64,000 bases of DNA from an uncultured Syntrophomonadaceae bacterium (GTDB lineage: Bacteria; Bacillota; Dethiobacteria; DTU022), in the NCBI GenBank assembly GCA_964458455.1, contig CAYWIY010000001.1, positions 2,303 through 66,302 on the forward strand. Reading direction: 5' to 3'. A program made the translations under genes and the position numbers. Of the stretch, positions 33,615 to 45,186 are shown in pieces; within the stretch, counting starts at the first letter, position 1; each line of letters begins with the position of its first letter. The notes under the pieces are model-generated. The model was not told where the DNA came from and did not search any database. It saw only the letters and a list, made by a program, of their open reading frames with translations.

Positions 33615-34378
33615 CTCTGAACCGCCTTTCGGGCTGCCTGGATTAAGGCGCTAAAAGTATCTGCTTTCAAACTGGCGCCCCCGACCAGGGCGCCCTGGAT
33701 AGAAGATAGCTCTACAAACGAGCCGATATTTCCTTCTTTTACACTTCCACCGTATTGAATACGCACCTTATCCACCTTCCCGGCACCGACGTCCTTCTCA
33801 ATAACTTCACGGATATATGAGCAGGCAGCATCAGCATCACCGGGCTGGGCCGCTTTTCCGGTCCCGATAGCCCATACTGGTTCATAAGCAATCACCACTT
33901 TATCCATATCCCCGGCAGCCATTCCTTCCAGGGCGGCAAGGAGTTGTTTTCTGATCACGCTGTTTGTGGAACCAGCTTCCTTCTGAGCTTCAGTTTCGCC
34001 TACACAGAGGATCGGTTTAAGACCGCATTCCAGGGCCGCCTTCACTTTAGCTGAGATTTGGCTGTCATCTTCGCCTATGACATGACGCCGTTCTGAGTGG
34101 CCGACGATCACGTATTCTACACCCAGGTCGGCAAGCATGGGGCCGGCTATTTCGCCGGTGAACGCACCCTCCTGTTCCCAGTGCAAATCCTGGGCGCCCA
34201 GCTTCAGGGAACTGCCGCCGAGAATATTTGCGGCTGCCGGCAAAGACGTATAGGGAGGGCAGATCAATACCTCCACCCCTGCAAACTTATCTTCACCCTG
34301 CAGGATGGCGCGGCAAAACTCTACCGTATCAGCGGTTGTTTTATGCATCTTCCAGTTTGCTGCTATTACCAGTCCCAT
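33611..34378 (-). CDS. tpiA: triosephosphate isomerase
   Basis: 255 aa with …AANWKMHKT…, GHSERR and …IAYEPVWAIGTG…. Confidence 0.95.
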
Positions 34379-34445
34379 ATTTCATACCTCCAGTGCTCCC
34401 AGGAACCTGTATACCGGTGCAACGGGAGCGCGCCTAAATTTTTAG

Positions 34446-35627
34446 CTACTTGTCCTGCAACACTTTGATCCCGGGCAGCTCTTTACCTTCCCAGAATTCC
34501 AGGGTGGCTCCGCCACCAGTAGAAATAAACCCGATCTGCCCGGTCAGGCCCATGGATTCAAGAGCGGCTACCAGATCTCCGCCTCCTACCACCGAATAGG
34601 CCTCACTTTTTGCCATATCACCGGCAACAAGCCTGGTGCCCTGATCAAAGGGAGGGACCTCGAACACTCCAAGCGGCCCATTCCAAACAATCATGGCAGA
34701 GCGGGAAATGTACCGGCCAAAGTTTTTGACAGTTTCAGGGCCAATATCGGCAGCCTTCCAACCCCTGTCGATATTCCCGGGGGTTACAACTTTTGACTCA
34801 CTACCAGGTTGTAGTTCCCTGGCCACTACTAGATCATCCGGTAAAATCAGGCGGCAACCGCTTTGTTCACTTTCGCTTATGATCGAAGATGCTGTCTCCA
34901 GCAGGTCTTGTTCATAAAACGAATCCCCCAGGTTAAAACCCCTGGCAGCCAGGAAAGTATTGGCCATGCCGCCCCCGATTAAGAGCTGGTCGGCCAGCTG
35001 CAGGAAACGGCGCATTACATTGATTTTATCCGAAACCTTGGCCCCGCCCAGTATGGCGGTCAGGGGACGCTGTGGATTTTCCAGGCAGTAAGACAAGGCC
35101 TCGATCTCTTTTTTCATCAAAAGGCCGGCAACAGCAGGGACAAATTCAGCCACTCCGGCTGTTGAAGCATGGGCCCGGTGGGCGGTGCCAAAAGCATCAT
35201 TGGCAAAAAGATCCACCGGTTCAGCCAGCTGCCTGGCAAACTCCCGGTCATTGCTTTCTTCTCTATTATCAAAGCGAAGATTTTCCAGGAGTATGATATC
35301 CCCGCTTTTCATTTCAGCAACGGCTTCAGCAACCTCGGGCCCAACCACCTGGCCGAGCTTTTTTACCGGCTTGCCCAGCAGTTTGCCCAGCCTTTCAGCC
35401 ACCGGGTCCATCATCACTTCGGGAACGGCTTTTCCTTTGGGGCGACCCAGATGAGAGGCCAGCACCAGGCTCGCTCCCCGTTCCAGCAGGTAGTTTATGG
35501 TCGGCAGGACAGCCCGGATCCGGGCATCGTCCCGGACTTTTCCTTGATCCAACGGGACGTTAAAATCAGCCCGCAGTAGTATTTTTTTTCCTTTCACGTC
35601 CACATCTTCAACACTTTTCTTCAGCAT
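34446..35627 (-). CDS. pgk: phosphoglycerate kinase
   Basis: 393 aa with …[10 protein letters not shown]… and …ASHLGRPKG…. Confidence 0.95.
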   Translation of the reverse strand: MLKKSVEDVDVKGKKILLRADFNVPLDQGKVRDDARIRAVLPTINYLLERGASLVLASHLGRPKGKAVPEVMMDPVAERLGKLLGKPVKKLGQVVGPEVAEAVAEMKSGDIILLENLRFDNREESNDREFARQLAEPVDLFANDAFGTAHRAHASTAGVAEFVPAVAGLLMKKEIEALSYCLENPQRPLTAILGGAKVSDKINVMRRFLQLADQLLIGGGMANTFLAARGFNLGDSFYEQDLLETASSIISESEQSGCRLILPDDLVVARELQPGSESKVVTPGNIDRGWKAADIGPETVKNFGRYISRSAMIVWNGPLGVFEVPPFDQGTRLVAGDMAKSEAYSVVGGGDLVAALESMGLTGQIGFISTGGGATLEFWEGKELPGIKVLQDK

Positions 35628-35651
35628 CAGCAGTAATCACCGTCCCGGAGT

Positions 35652-37103
35652 TTATGATCGGCGGCGTTTGTAGGAAGGGGCAATAGATAACTCCTCCCTG
35701 TATTTAGCTACGGTCCGCCTTGATATTTGAATGCCTTTCTCATTTAAGAGCTCGGCCAGGCGCTGGTCGCTGAACGGTTTGGCCTGGTCCTCGGATTCAA
35801 CCAGCTCCCGGATATGGGTTTTGATGCTTGGTGCGGAATGATCGCTCCCATCCGCACCCCCCAGCCCGCTGGAAAAGAAAAATTTTAGGGGAAACAGGCC
35901 GCGGGGGGTTTGGATATACTTATTAGCGGCGGCGCGGCTGACCGTCGATTCGTGGACGCCTACATTGGAGGCTACTTCTTTGAGGGTTAGGGGTTTCAAC
36001 TTTTTGATCCCGTGATCCAGAAACTCTTTCTGGATATCAACAATCTGTTGGGCTACCTTATAGAGGGTTATCCTTCTTTGCTCAATACTGCGGATTAACC
36101 AGTAGGCTTTTTCTATCTTGTTTTTGACAAAGGTAAAAAGCTGCTCGTCTATCGAATCGCTTTTCAGCATCTTATGGTAAAATGGGCTGATTGTCAGCTG
36201 GGGCATTCCTGCTTCGTTACCGGTAACCACATATTCATCGTCAACCTTTTCTACAATAACGTCGGGAACTATATAGCGGGTTTCTTCTCCTTCACCGTAA
36301 ATACTGCCCGGTTTGGGGTTAAGGGTGCGGATAAATTCAACCGCCTCTTCGACGGTCTTTTCATTACAATCCAACCGTGAAGCGATGTAGCGGTACCTGC
36401 CGTCCGCAGCTGCCGGCAGGTAATGGTTGACTATTTCAACAGCCACCCTGGGCGGATTGTCCATCTTTTGAATCTGAAGGAGCAGGCATTCCTGTAAGCT
36501 CCGGCAGCCAATACCGGTTGGCTCCAACCTCTGAACTACCCTGAGAGCTTTTTCCAGCTCCCCCAGTTTAACACCCAGGACCGGGGCCAGTTCTTCAAGA
36601 TCGCCCTGCAGGTAACCATTGCGATCAAGATTGCCTGCCAGGAAGGCAGCAAGCCTGTACTGCCGGTCGGTAAGCGAAAACATGCGCAGCTGGCTGAGCA
36701 GGTCTTCAAGCATTGTGCCGGTCATGCCGGCACAATTTTCTACCGTCGGTTGGCTGTCGTTAACTTGCTTAACACTTCCGCCCCTGTCGGAGGCCGAGTC
36801 CAGGCCCATATCTCTAAAGTATTCTTCCCAGGGAAAATCATTTCCATAGATCTGCTCTTCATTCTTATCGGGGCTTTCCCCGTCCACTTCATCTTCTTCA
36901 TTTTTTTCCTCTTCCCGGTTTTCCATAACTTCCAAAACTGGGTTATTGATAAGTTCTTCCTGGATATGATCTTGCAGTTCCAGAGCGGAGTACTGCAGAA
37001 GAGTTATGGCCAGCTTAAGCTCAGGGGTAATGATCAGTTTTTGGCTTTGTTCCAGCTTCAGGCTGTAATCAAGCTTCACTGTTATCTCTCCCGCCTTCCT
37101 CAT
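35652..37103 (-). CDS. rpoN: RNA polymerase sigma-54 factor
   Basis: 483 aa. N-terminal Gln/Leu-rich activator-interacting region, an acidic linker, and a C-terminal RpoN box (…ISRRTVAKYREEL…). Confidence 0.9.
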   Translation of the reverse strand: MRKAGEITVKLDYSLKLEQSQKLIITPELKLAITLLQYSALELQDHIQEELINNPVLEVMENREEEKNEEDEVDGESPDKNEEQIYGNDFPWEEYFRDMGLDSASDRGGSVKQVNDSQPTVENCAGMTGTMLEDLLSQLRMFSLTDRQYRLAAFLAGNLDRNGYLQGDLEELAPVLGVKLGELEKALRVVQRLEPTGIGCRSLQECLLLQIQKMDNPPRVAVEIVNHYLPAAADGRYRYIASRLDCNEKTVEEAVEFIRTLNPKPGSIYGEGEETRYIVPDVIVEKVDDEYVVTGNEAGMPQLTISPFYHKMLKSDSIDEQLFTFVKNKIEKAYWLIRSIEQRRITLYKVAQQIVDIQKEFLDHGIKKLKPLTLKEVASNVGVHESTVSRAAANKYIQTPRGLFPLKFFFSSGLGGADGSDHSAPSIKTHIRELVESEDQAKPFSDQRLAELLNEKGIQISRRTVAKYREELSIAPSYKRRRS

Positions 37104-37236
37104 ATTCTCAAATTACCAGGTTTCCACAGCTTATAACCAGCCAGAAGGCTGACTTGTATTTACAGTGGTATGCTCAACACTTTTTCATTGTGCTTCGATT
37201 ACTTCGACACGACTGCGGCAACTCCTGCCCTTGATT

Positions 37237-38208
37237 TCAGTAATTGGCACGGTTTTTGCTGGGAACTTCCCCGCTCTCAGTCTTGCGATCAAACATTTTG
37301 CTCAGCTGGCGAAAACGATGGTTCATCCCCGATTTGCTAACAGGTGGATCGAGCTTTTTGCCCAGTTCTTTCAGGGAAGCATCCGGGTACCTCATTCTGG
37401 CCAGGGCTGCATCACGGAGGGCTGGAGGGAGGTTTTCCAGGCCGACAATATTGTCGGCACGTTCTATTAAATCAAGCTGCTGCTGGGCCGACGCCACCAC
37501 TTTTTCCAGGTTGGCCGTTTCACAGTTGACGACCCGGTTGACCTGGTTTCGCATGCTTCTAACCACACGCATGCTCTCCAACTCCAGCAGGGTTCCCCCT
37601 GCCCCGATAATCCTCAGAAAATCGGCAATGGCTTCTGCACTTTTAAAGTAGAGATAGGCATAGCCTTCACGTTTTCTAAGCAGGGGCGTTAAATTAAACA
37701 GCCCGAGCACTTTTCGGTAAATCCGGGCATCTTCCAGGCTTCCGCAGTTTATTTCCAGGTGGTAACCGGAGCGCCTGGTTATGCTGATACCGCCTCCGGC
37801 TAAATAAACACCCCTGAGAAAGGCCCGGCGGCAGCAGGTCCTTTTTGGAATCACTGTATTCAGGCGGGGTAGACTCAGGTAACGGCCGGCCTCTTTCATA
37901 TCCAGGTAGACCAGCAGGGCATCGATCTGCTCGTTTCCGCTAACCTGGACCAGGAAGCGGGTTTTATCGAGGCGTTTTTCCTGTTCTCTGATAATAGAAG
38001 GGGTCTCCACCCCGGCCTGCCTGAGCAAGTTAAACAGGCGCCGGGCAACAGCGCTGTCTTCAACGGCAATGATCAGGGCATGCGTATTTCGGCGAATAGC
38101 GTAATAACCATTCCTGAGAAGAAGTGACTTTAACTCCCAGGAACCGCAGCATGCCAGGGGCTCTTCCAACCTGGCCAGTTCATGTTTCACCTGCCTGGTT
38201 AAAGACAA
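37237..38208 (-). CDS. whiA: DNA-binding protein WhiA
   Basis: 323 aa. N-terminal CC pair (LACCGSWEL) within LAGLIDADG-like repeats, and a C-terminal HTH. Confidence 0.9.
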   Translation of the reverse strand: MSLTRQVKHELARLEEPLACCGSWELKSLLLRNGYYAIRRNTHALIIAVEDSAVARRLFNLLRQAGVETPSIIREQEKRLDKTRFLVQVSGNEQIDALLVYLDMKEAGRYLSLPRLNTVIPKRTCCRRAFLRGVYLAGGGISITRRSGYHLEINCGSLEDARIYRKVLGLFNLTPLLRKREGYAYLYFKSAEAIADFLRIIGAGGTLLELESMRVVRSMRNQVNRVVNCETANLEKVVASAQQQLDLIERADNIVGLENLPPALRDAALARMRYPDASLKELGKKLDPPVSKSGMNHRFRQLSKMFDRKTESGEVPSKNRANY

Positions 38209-38225
38209 TTAAATCCAGCCTCCTG

Positions 38226-39074
38226 TCAGCTTTTATAGATATCCCTGTGTTCCACGGTCAGGTTAAACCGGGATCCCAGCGATTTTCCGATTTCATCGGC
38301 AATCACAACCGAGCGGTGCTTGCCCCCGGTACAGCCAATGGTTATCACAAGGCTGGCCTTCCCTTCCTTGACATAAAAAGGAATTGAAAACTCAAGCATA
38401 TCCTGCAGTTTTGCATAATACTCCCTGGTTTCGGGCCAGCGCCAGAGATATTCTTTAACCTGGTCATCATCACCTGTCAAGAGAGCCAGATGTTCGACAT
38501 AGTGTGGATTTGGCAAGAACCTGACATCAAAAACCAGGTCCGCGTGGGGAGGCAGGCCGTACTTGAAACCAAAAGAAACAATCCTGATCTGCATGTTTTT
38601 ATCCCGCTGGCCGGGCTCATAAAGCTCGACAATCTTGGCCTTAAGCTCCCAGGGCTTCAGGTAGGAAGTATCTATTTCCTTGTGCGCTTTTCCTCTTAGC
38701 TCACTCAAGCCTTCCCGTTCCCTTTGAATTGCTTCCGGCAGGCTGACTTCGCCGAGGGGGTGGCGCCTCCTGGTTTCCTTAAAACGCCTGATCAATACAT
38801 CATCGTCTGCCACCAAAAACAGAATTTCATAATCAACATCGTTTTGTTCCAGTTCCTGCAAAGATTCAAACAGGTCCTCGAAAAAAGCGGCGCCACGCAT
38901 ATCACATACCAGGGCCACTTTCTTATTCTCCGACTGGATAAACAGATCGGCAAATTTAGATATCAGGGTCGGGGGCATGTTGTCGACACAGTAGTAACCC
39001 AGATCTTCAAAACAATTCAGGGCATGGCTTTTACCGGCTCCTGAAAGTCCCGTAATAATAATTAATCGAATCAC
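38226..39074 (-). CDS. rapZ: RNase adapter / nucleotide-binding protein RapZ (YvcJ)
   Basis: P-loop ITGLSGAGKSHALNCFEDLGYYCVDNMPP. 282 aa. Confidence 0.9.
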   Translation of the reverse strand: MIRLIIITGLSGAGKSHALNCFEDLGYYCVDNMPPTLISKFADLFIQSENKKVALVCDMRGAAFFEDLFESLQELEQNDVDYEILFLVADDDVLIRRFKETRRRHPLGEVSLPEAIQREREGLSELRGKAHKEIDTSYLKPWELKAKIVELYEPGQRDKNMQIRIVSFGFKYGLPPHADLVFDVRFLPNPHYVEHLALLTGDDDQVKEYLWRWPETREYYAKLQDMLEFSIPFYVKEGKASLVITIGCTGGKHRSVVIADEIGKSLGSRFNLTVEHRDIYKS

Positions 39075-39277
39075 TTCATCATTAACGCTGATTTACACCA
39101 GCCCCCTTTTTAGTAGCGCTCCTGTATTAGCAGCACCGCTACCTTATTACTGCATGCATTGTGAGGCCTCAAAGTGCCCCTTCCATTAAATCCTTCAATT
39201 AAAAGTTTTTATGTTTTTTGAGCCCGGGCTCAATTTAGTCAGGCGCCGCTGCCGTACCAAACCACTGCCAATACAGG

Positions 39278-40108
39278 CTATTTGGGGCCGTACTGATGGT
39301 TAAGCACATATTTTTCAATAATTTCAGCAACCCCGTCTTCATTATGCGGCCCTGTAACCAGCGCCGCCGCTTCAAGGACCTCCGGCTTGGCATTGGCTAC
39401 CGCTACACCGAGGCCGGCGAAACCTAGCATGTCGATATCATTGTAACCGTCTCCAAAAGCCAAAACCTCTCCCGCCTTGACGCCTTCACGTTCAGCCAGC
39501 CACTGCAAAGCCTGCCCCTTGGTCGCCTTTTTGTCCGTAACCTCCAAAAAATATGGACGGGACTGTAAAATCGACAGCCTGCTTCCGTACCGCTTTTTTA
39601 AATAACGCTCTATTTCTTCTATCTGACCATCCCAGGAAATAATACTCAGCTTGGTGGGGGTAACTCTTTTATCCTCCAGGAATGCGCGTAAATCGCCCAC
39701 CGGATGCAGTTCAATGTTTGTCAGAGAGCGGTAATAGCGGGTATGCTCATTTTCTTCCCGCACATAAAGATTGCTCCCAATAAACATGCTCACATGCAAA
39801 TCTAACCGGCTGGTTTCTTCTATCACCTCAATAGCCGTCCGGTTCTCCAGGGGACGGTGGAAAATTACCTTTTCACTTCGCGCAGTCTTGATCATGGCCC
39901 CATGGTAGTTAATCAACGGCCAGTCCCTTTCAAGGCCCAGTTCCTTCATGTAAGGGACGCTGGTTTGAAACATCCGTCCGGTGGCAATGACAAACTTGAC
40001 GCCACGCGAAACCGCCTTGCGGACAGCTTCCTTGTTACGGTCAGATATTTCGGCATTTTCATCAAGCAGTGTATAATCCAAATCCGCTGCAATCAGGCGG
40101 AAGCGCAT
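39278..40108 (-). CDS. Cof-type HAD-IIB family hydrolase
   Basis: N-terminal DLDYTLL, …ATGR…, and …GDGYNDIDML… motifs. Confidence 0.8.
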   Translation of the reverse strand: MRFRLIAADLDYTLLDENAEISDRNKEAVRKAVSRGVKFVIATGRMFQTSVPYMKELGLERDWPLINYHGAMIKTARSEKVIFHRPLENRTAIEVIEETSRLDLHVSMFIGSNLYVREENEHTRYYRSLTNIELHPVGDLRAFLEDKRVTPTKLSIISWDGQIEEIERYLKKRYGSRLSILQSRPYFLEVTDKKATKGQALQWLAEREGVKAGEVLAFGDGYNDIDMLGFAGLGVAVANAKPEVLEAAALVTGPHNEDGVAEIIEKYVLNHQYGPK

Positions 40109-40403
40109 TTAATACCACCTCATCAACAGTATAACACATCATAGATATTTTGTTCCGGAGTTTCAGGCGACCGCCGGTCGCAGCCTCAGGCTAAAGTCAC
40201 TGGAGATACCATTACAGCCCCTCTACTGTCTTAACCTGCTTGAAGATTACTGTACTTGCTGATCTTTTAAGTTGGAACTGCACCGGATTAGGTTGAGCTT
40301 TTCACCCGGGTTATCCTTTTAAAGGGCTCATCCGGGGCTCTCGCTCAGTAGCCGGCTGTTAGCCTGCCAAACCGCTCCAGGCTGAGCAGACACTCAATCC
40401 CTT

Positions 40404-42260
40404 TTATTCCGCTTCTTTCGCACGCAGGGACTTGTAGATAGTTTCTGCCAGGGGCCGGCTAATACCCGGCACTTCTGCCAGCTGTTCTACCGTGGCTTCC
40501 CGCACTCTACCTGCGCTTCCGAAATGCTTGAGCAAGGCAGTCCGGCGGGAAGGACCTACACCGGGGATGGCTTCAAGCCGGGATCGGAGCCCGCTTCGCT
40601 CCCTCCTGCTGCGGTGCCCGCCTACGGCGAAGCGGTGCACCTCGTCACGAATACGCTGCAGCATCTGGAGCAGGGGGTCATTGGCAGCCATACGCACCGG
40701 GAGGGCTGTTCCTTCCAGGAAAAGCTGATCGGGATCCTTGGCCAGGGCAGCGAGGGGCACATCTTCCAGGCTTGTCCCATTTAAGGCCTCCCGGGCGGCA
40801 CCAAGCTGGCCCCTGCCCCCGTCAATCAAAATCAGGTCCGGCCTGGGCCAGGTATCCTGCCCGGCCCTTCTTTGCAAAGCTTCCTGCAGAGCGCCGTAAT
40901 CGTCGCCGGGCTGAGCCGAACGGATATTAAAGCGGCGGTAGCCTTCTTTATAAGGTTCCCCGAAACGGAAAACCACCATGGCCCCCACCGGTTCGCCTCC
41001 GCTTAAATGGGAAATATCAAACCCCTCGAGCCTTACAGGCGGCTCATCCAGGCCTACGAGGCGGCCAAGTTCTTCCAGTGGCTGTTCTGTTTTACGGACC
41101 CGCTGCTCCTCGTCTTCTTCCAGGCGCAAGCAACAGTTACGCCGGGCCAACTCAACCAGTTTTTTTAAGGATCCACGCCTGGGGACGCGGAGCTCAACCT
41201 TGCGGCCTGCTTTAATCTTAAGCCATTCCTGGAGCAGTTCGGCCTCGGCGGGTTGATCCGAAACCACTATTTCAGGCGGCAGGCTTTCAGCCTGGTTGTA
41301 ATATGACTTGATAAAAGAAGCGATTACCTCGTCCTTTTCCACTTCTTCGGCCCCGGTAAGGGGGAAATGCTCCTGGCTGAGCAGCTTGCCGCTGCGGACC
41401 TGGAACAAATGCACTGCAGCCCGGTCCCCGTGCCGACCCAGGGCCAGGACATCCCTTTCGGCATCGTCTTCTTGCAGGGTCATTTTTTGCTGCTGGCCGG
41501 CTACCCTCTGCAGGGACTGGAGCCGGTCGCGCAGGGCGGCTGCTTCTTCAAAGCGATGCTCCCGGGCCGCTTCCTCCATCTGGGCTTTCAGCCTGCTTTC
41601 CAGTTCTCCATGCCTGCCCTGCAGAAACAGGACCACCTGCCTGACCATTTTCTCGTATTCTTCTGGCGGCACTGCTTCTGCACCGCGGCAAGGAGCCAGG
41701 CAGCGTTTCATCTGGTAATTAAGGCAGGGCCTATCTGATGCCTGGGAGCCGTCCAGAGGCTGGCGGCAGCGGCGCAGGGGGAAAATGGAACCGATAAACC
41801 GCATCGTCTCTCGCACCGCCCCTACATCGGTAAAGGGCCCGAAACGTTGTTCTTCTTTGCCAGGGACAGGCTTATAACGGCCGCGCCGCCCACCCCGCTG
41901 TGATAGCCGCAGCAGTTCCATGCGCGGGTAAAGCTCAGGCGTAAGGATCAGGTACGGGTAATCCTTATCGTCCTTCAGGTTCACGTTGAAGCGGGGCCGG
42001 TACTCCTTGATCAGGTTGCACTCTAAGATAAGGGCTTCTACTTCGGTGTCTGTTACCACGTAATCAATATCGGCGAGCCTGCCCTGCAGGGAGCGCAGGC
42101 GCGGGGATATGGTACCGTTATCTGCCAGGTACGATCGCAGGCGGTTGCGCAGCAAATTGGCCTTTCCTACGTAAATAACCCGACCGGTTTTATCTTTAAG
42201 CAGGTAAACACCCGGCATGGCCGGTACCTGCCGCACTTTTTCCTTCAACTGCTCAAGCAT
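40404..42260 (-). CDS. uvrC: excinuclease ABC subunit C
   Basis: GIY-YIG N-terminus (PGVYLLKDKTGRVIYVGKA), a UvrBC-interaction region, and C-terminal RNase H-like and HhH2 regions. Confidence 0.95.
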   Translation of the reverse strand: MLEQLKEKVRQVPAMPGVYLLKDKTGRVIYVGKANLLRNRLRSYLADNGTISPRLRSLQGRLADIDYVVTDTEVEALILECNLIKEYRPRFNVNLKDDKDYPYLILTPELYPRMELLRLSQRGGRRGRYKPVPGKEEQRFGPFTDVGAVRETMRFIGSIFPLRRCRQPLDGSQASDRPCLNYQMKRCLAPCRGAEAVPPEEYEKMVRQVVLFLQGRHGELESRLKAQMEEAAREHRFEEAAALRDRLQSLQRVAGQQQKMTLQEDDAERDVLALGRHGDRAAVHLFQVRSGKLLSQEHFPLTGAEEVEKDEVIASFIKSYYNQAESLPPEIVVSDQPAEAELLQEWLKIKAGRKVELRVPRRGSLKKLVELARRNCCLRLEEDEEQRVRKTEQPLEELGRLVGLDEPPVRLEGFDISHLSGGEPVGAMVVFRFGEPYKEGYRRFNIRSAQPGDDYGALQEALQRRAGQDTWPRPDLILIDGGRGQLGAAREALNGTSLEDVPLAALAKDPDQLFLEGTALPVRMAANDPLLQMLQRIRDEVHRFAVGGHRSRRERSGLRSRLEAIPGVGPSRRTALLKHFGSAGRVREATVEQLAEVPGISRPLAETIYKSLRAKEAE

Positions 42261-42278
42261 AGTTTAACTCTCCGTGTT

Positions 42279-45122
42279 TCAGGTTTCAGCTGCTGTCCTG
42301 GACCGCGGCAGGGCCCCGGTCAGCCAGCGCCCGGTATAAGAATCTTCACAGGCAGCTACCTCTTCCGGCGAACCGGCGGCAACAACCCAGCCGCCCTTGT
42401 CCCCGCCTTCAGGGCCCAGGTCGATGATATAATCCGCCCTCTTAAGCACGTCGAGGTTATGTTCGATCACAACCACGGTATTGCCGCTGTCGACCAGGCG
42501 GTCCAGGATATGCAGGAGTTTGCTGATATCATCAAGGTGCAAACCGGTAGTCGGCTCATCCAGGACATAGAGGCTGCGGCCGTTGCTGCGCCGGGAAAGC
42601 TCGGTGGCCAGTTTTACCCGCTGGGCCTCTCCACCGGACAGGGTGGTTGCCGGCTGGCCCAGCCTGATATAACCGAGCCCGACATCGTAAAGGAGCTGCA
42701 ATTTGCGCTGGACCCTGGGAATGGCCGAGAAAAATTCAAGCGCTTCTTCCACGGTCATATCAAGCACATCGGCAATATTCTTTTCCTTGTAACGGACTTC
42801 CAGGGTTTCCCTGTTGTAGCGTTTGCCGCGGCATACCTCACAGGGCACATACACATCGGGCAAAAAGTGCATCTCGATCCTCAGGATGCCGTCTCCCCGG
42901 CAGGCTTCGCAGCGACCTCCCTTGACATTGAAGCTGAAACGGCCCGGCTTGTAGCCGCGGCGCCGCGATTCCTGGGTCTTGGCAAAGAGTTCCCTGATCC
43001 CGTCAAAAAGTCCGGTGTAAGTGGCCGGGTTGGAACGCGGGGTCCGCCCGATGGGAGATTGATCAATAACGATCACTTTGTCAAGCTGCTCCACCCCTTC
43101 CAGGCCTTTGTGCCGGCCGGCTTGCACCCTTGAGCGGTGCAGTTTCCGGGCCAGGGCCCGGGCTAAAATTTCGTTAATCAGGGTGCTTTTGCCCGAACCG
43201 GACACCCCGGCCACGCAGTTAAACATGCCCAGGGGAATCCCAACGTCGATATTTTTCAAATTATGTTCTTCAGCGCCGCGGATCCAGAGCCAGCGATCGT
43301 TAGCCGAACGCCTTTTTTCCGGCACGGCCACTTCGCGCCTCCCGGCCAGGTAATCGCCGGTAATTGACTCGGGCACTGCTGTGATCTCTTCCACGGTCCC
43401 CTGTGCTACGATTTTACCGCCGGCCGCCCCTGCTCCCGGCCCGATGTCGACCAGATGATCGGCACTGCGTATCGTTTCTTCATCGTGTTCAACTACCAGG
43501 ACGGTATTGCCCAGGTCGCGCAGTTTCTTCAGGGTGCTGTTCAGGCGGGCGATATCCCTCTGGTGAAGGCCGATAGAGGGCTCATCCAGGATATAGATAA
43601 CGCCGGTCAGGCCGGAACCGATCTGGGTGGCCAACCTGATGCGCTGTGCTTCGCCGCCCGATAAGGTGGAAGCGGCTCGGTCCAGAGTCAGGTATTGCAA
43701 GCCCACATGGCGCAAAAACTGCAGCCTTTCCCCGATTTCTTTTAACACCTGCCGGGCAATGTATTCTTCGCGCGAGGTAAGCTGCAGCCGGTCGAAAAAT
43801 TCCGCCGCCTGCTCCACGGTCAGAGCGGATATCTCGGCAATATTACTACCACCAAGCATAACGGCCAGGCTGGAAGGTTTCAGGCGTCTTCCCTCGCAGG
43901 CAGGGCAAGGTCTGACCTGCATGAACTTTTCCATTTCATCTCTCATCTCTTCTGAAGAGGTGTTGGCATAGCGCCGCTCCAACAACTTAAGCACTCCGGG
44001 AAATACTTTTTTATAATTCCGGACCCGTTTGAACATATTGACATAGCGAAAATTAATTTTTTCCGGGGCGCCGTACAGGATCTTGTGCTGCTCTTCGGTG
44101 GGAAGATCCTTGAAGGGTTTATCCATATCAATGCCCCAGGCTTTGGCTGCCGCTTCCAGGAACTGCTGGTAGTAGTTCTGGCCCGACCAGGCATGAACGA
44201 CCCCTTCCCGCAGGGACAGCTCAGGGTAGGGAATTACCAGGTCGGGAGAAAATTCGGCCCTGCTGCCCAGCCCGCTGCACTCGGGGCAGGCCCCGTAAGG
44301 GCTGTTAAAAGAAAAGATCCGCGGGCTGATCTCTTCAAAGCTGAAGCCGCAATCAGCACAGGCAAAATTTTCGCTGAAAAGCTGCTCCCCGCCATCGACA
44401 TCCTGGACCAGGACCAGCCCTTCGCTCAGCTTGAGGGCATTTTCCAGCGAATCAGCCAGGCGGGACTGGATACCCTCCCGGATCACCAGGCGGTCAACGA
44501 CCACCTCGATATTGTGCTTTTTCTGTTTATCCAGGCGAATATCTTCTTCCAGCTCCCGGACTTCCCCGTCAACCCGGATCCGAACATAGCCCTTGCGAGC
44601 CATATCATCAAACAGGCGCGAATACTCACCCTTGCGGCCCCTGACCAGCGGAGCCAGGACCTGGATGCGGGTCCCTTCCGGCATGGCGGCAACCTGGTCC
44701 ACGATCTGCTGCACAGTCTGCTGGCTAATCGGTTTCTGGCAGGTCGGGCAGTGGGGATTACCGATGCGGGCAAACAGGAGCCGGATATAATCATAAACCT
44801 CTGTAACCGTACCCACGGTGGAACGCGGGTTGCGGGAAGTTGTTTTTTGATCGATCGAAATAGCCGGTGAAAGACCTTCGATCTGATCCACATCAGGCTT
44901 TTCCATCTGCCCCAGAAACTGGCGGGCATAAGCCGAGAGCGATTCGACATAGCGCCGCTGGCCCTCGGCATAGATGGTATCAAAGGCCAGGGACGATTTG
45001 CCCGATCCGCTTAAACCGGTAAAAACTATAAATTGATGGCGGGGCAGTTCAAGGTCGATATTTTTTAAGTTATGCTCCCTTGCCCCGCGGATAATTATTT
45101 CTCCAGTCGACAAATTGGTCAC
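42279..45122 (-). CDS. uvrA: excinuclease ABC subunit A
   Basis: 947 aa. Two ABC ATPase modules with Walker A ([10 protein letters not shown] and [10 protein letters not shown]) and zinc-finger Cys clusters. Confidence 0.95.
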   Translation of the reverse strand: MTNLSTGEIIIRGAREHNLKNIDLELPRHQFIVFTGLSGSGKSSLAFDTIYAEGQRRYVESLSAYARQFLGQMEKPDVDQIEGLSPAISIDQKTTSRNPRSTVGTVTEVYDYIRLLFARIGNPHCPTCQKPISQQTVQQIVDQVAAMPEGTRIQVLAPLVRGRKGEYSRLFDDMARKGYVRIRVDGEVRELEEDIRLDKQKKHNIEVVVDRLVIREGIQSRLADSLENALKLSEGLVLVQDVDGGEQLFSENFACADCGFSFEEISPRIFSFNSPYGACPECSGLGSRAEFSPDLVIPYPELSLREGVVHAWSGQNYYQQFLEAAAKAWGIDMDKPFKDLPTEEQHKILYGAPEKINFRYVNMFKRVRNYKKVFPGVLKLLERRYANTSSEEMRDEMEKFMQVRPCPACEGRRLKPSSLAVMLGGSNIAEISALTVEQAAEFFDRLQLTSREEYIARQVLKEIGERLQFLRHVGLQYLTLDRAASTLSGGEAQRIRLATQIGSGLTGVIYILDEPSIGLHQRDIARLNSTLKKLRDLGNTVLVVEHDEETIRSADHLVDIGPGAGAAGGKIVAQGTVEEITAVPESITGDYLAGRREVAVPEKRRSANDRWLWIRGAEEHNLKNIDVGIPLGMFNCVAGVSGSGKSTLINEILARALARKLHRSRVQAGRHKGLEGVEQLDKVIVIDQSPIGRTPRSNPATYTGLFDGIRELFAKTQESRRRGYKPGRFSFNVKGGRCEACRGDGILRIEMHFLPDVYVPCEVCRGKRYNRETLEVRYKEKNIADVLDMTVEEALEFFSAIPRVQRKLQLLYDVGLGYIRLGQPATTLSGGEAQRVKLATELSRRSNGRSLYVLDEPTTGLHLDDISKLLHILDRLVDSGNTVVVIEHNLDVLKRADYIIDLGPEGGDKGGWVVAAGSPEEVAACEDSYTGRWLTGALPRSRTAAET

Positions 45123-45186
45123 CTCGTTCTTGCAATTTCACAGCACATGACAGGGGGGTGATAGGGGGACGTTTCACTTGTCAGGT

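Noticed and set aside
42459-44870. plus-strand ORFs of 224 aa and 261 aa (42459..43133 and 44085..44870)
   Set aside because: They are antisense to uvrA and have repetitive composition typical of reverse-frame artefacts.
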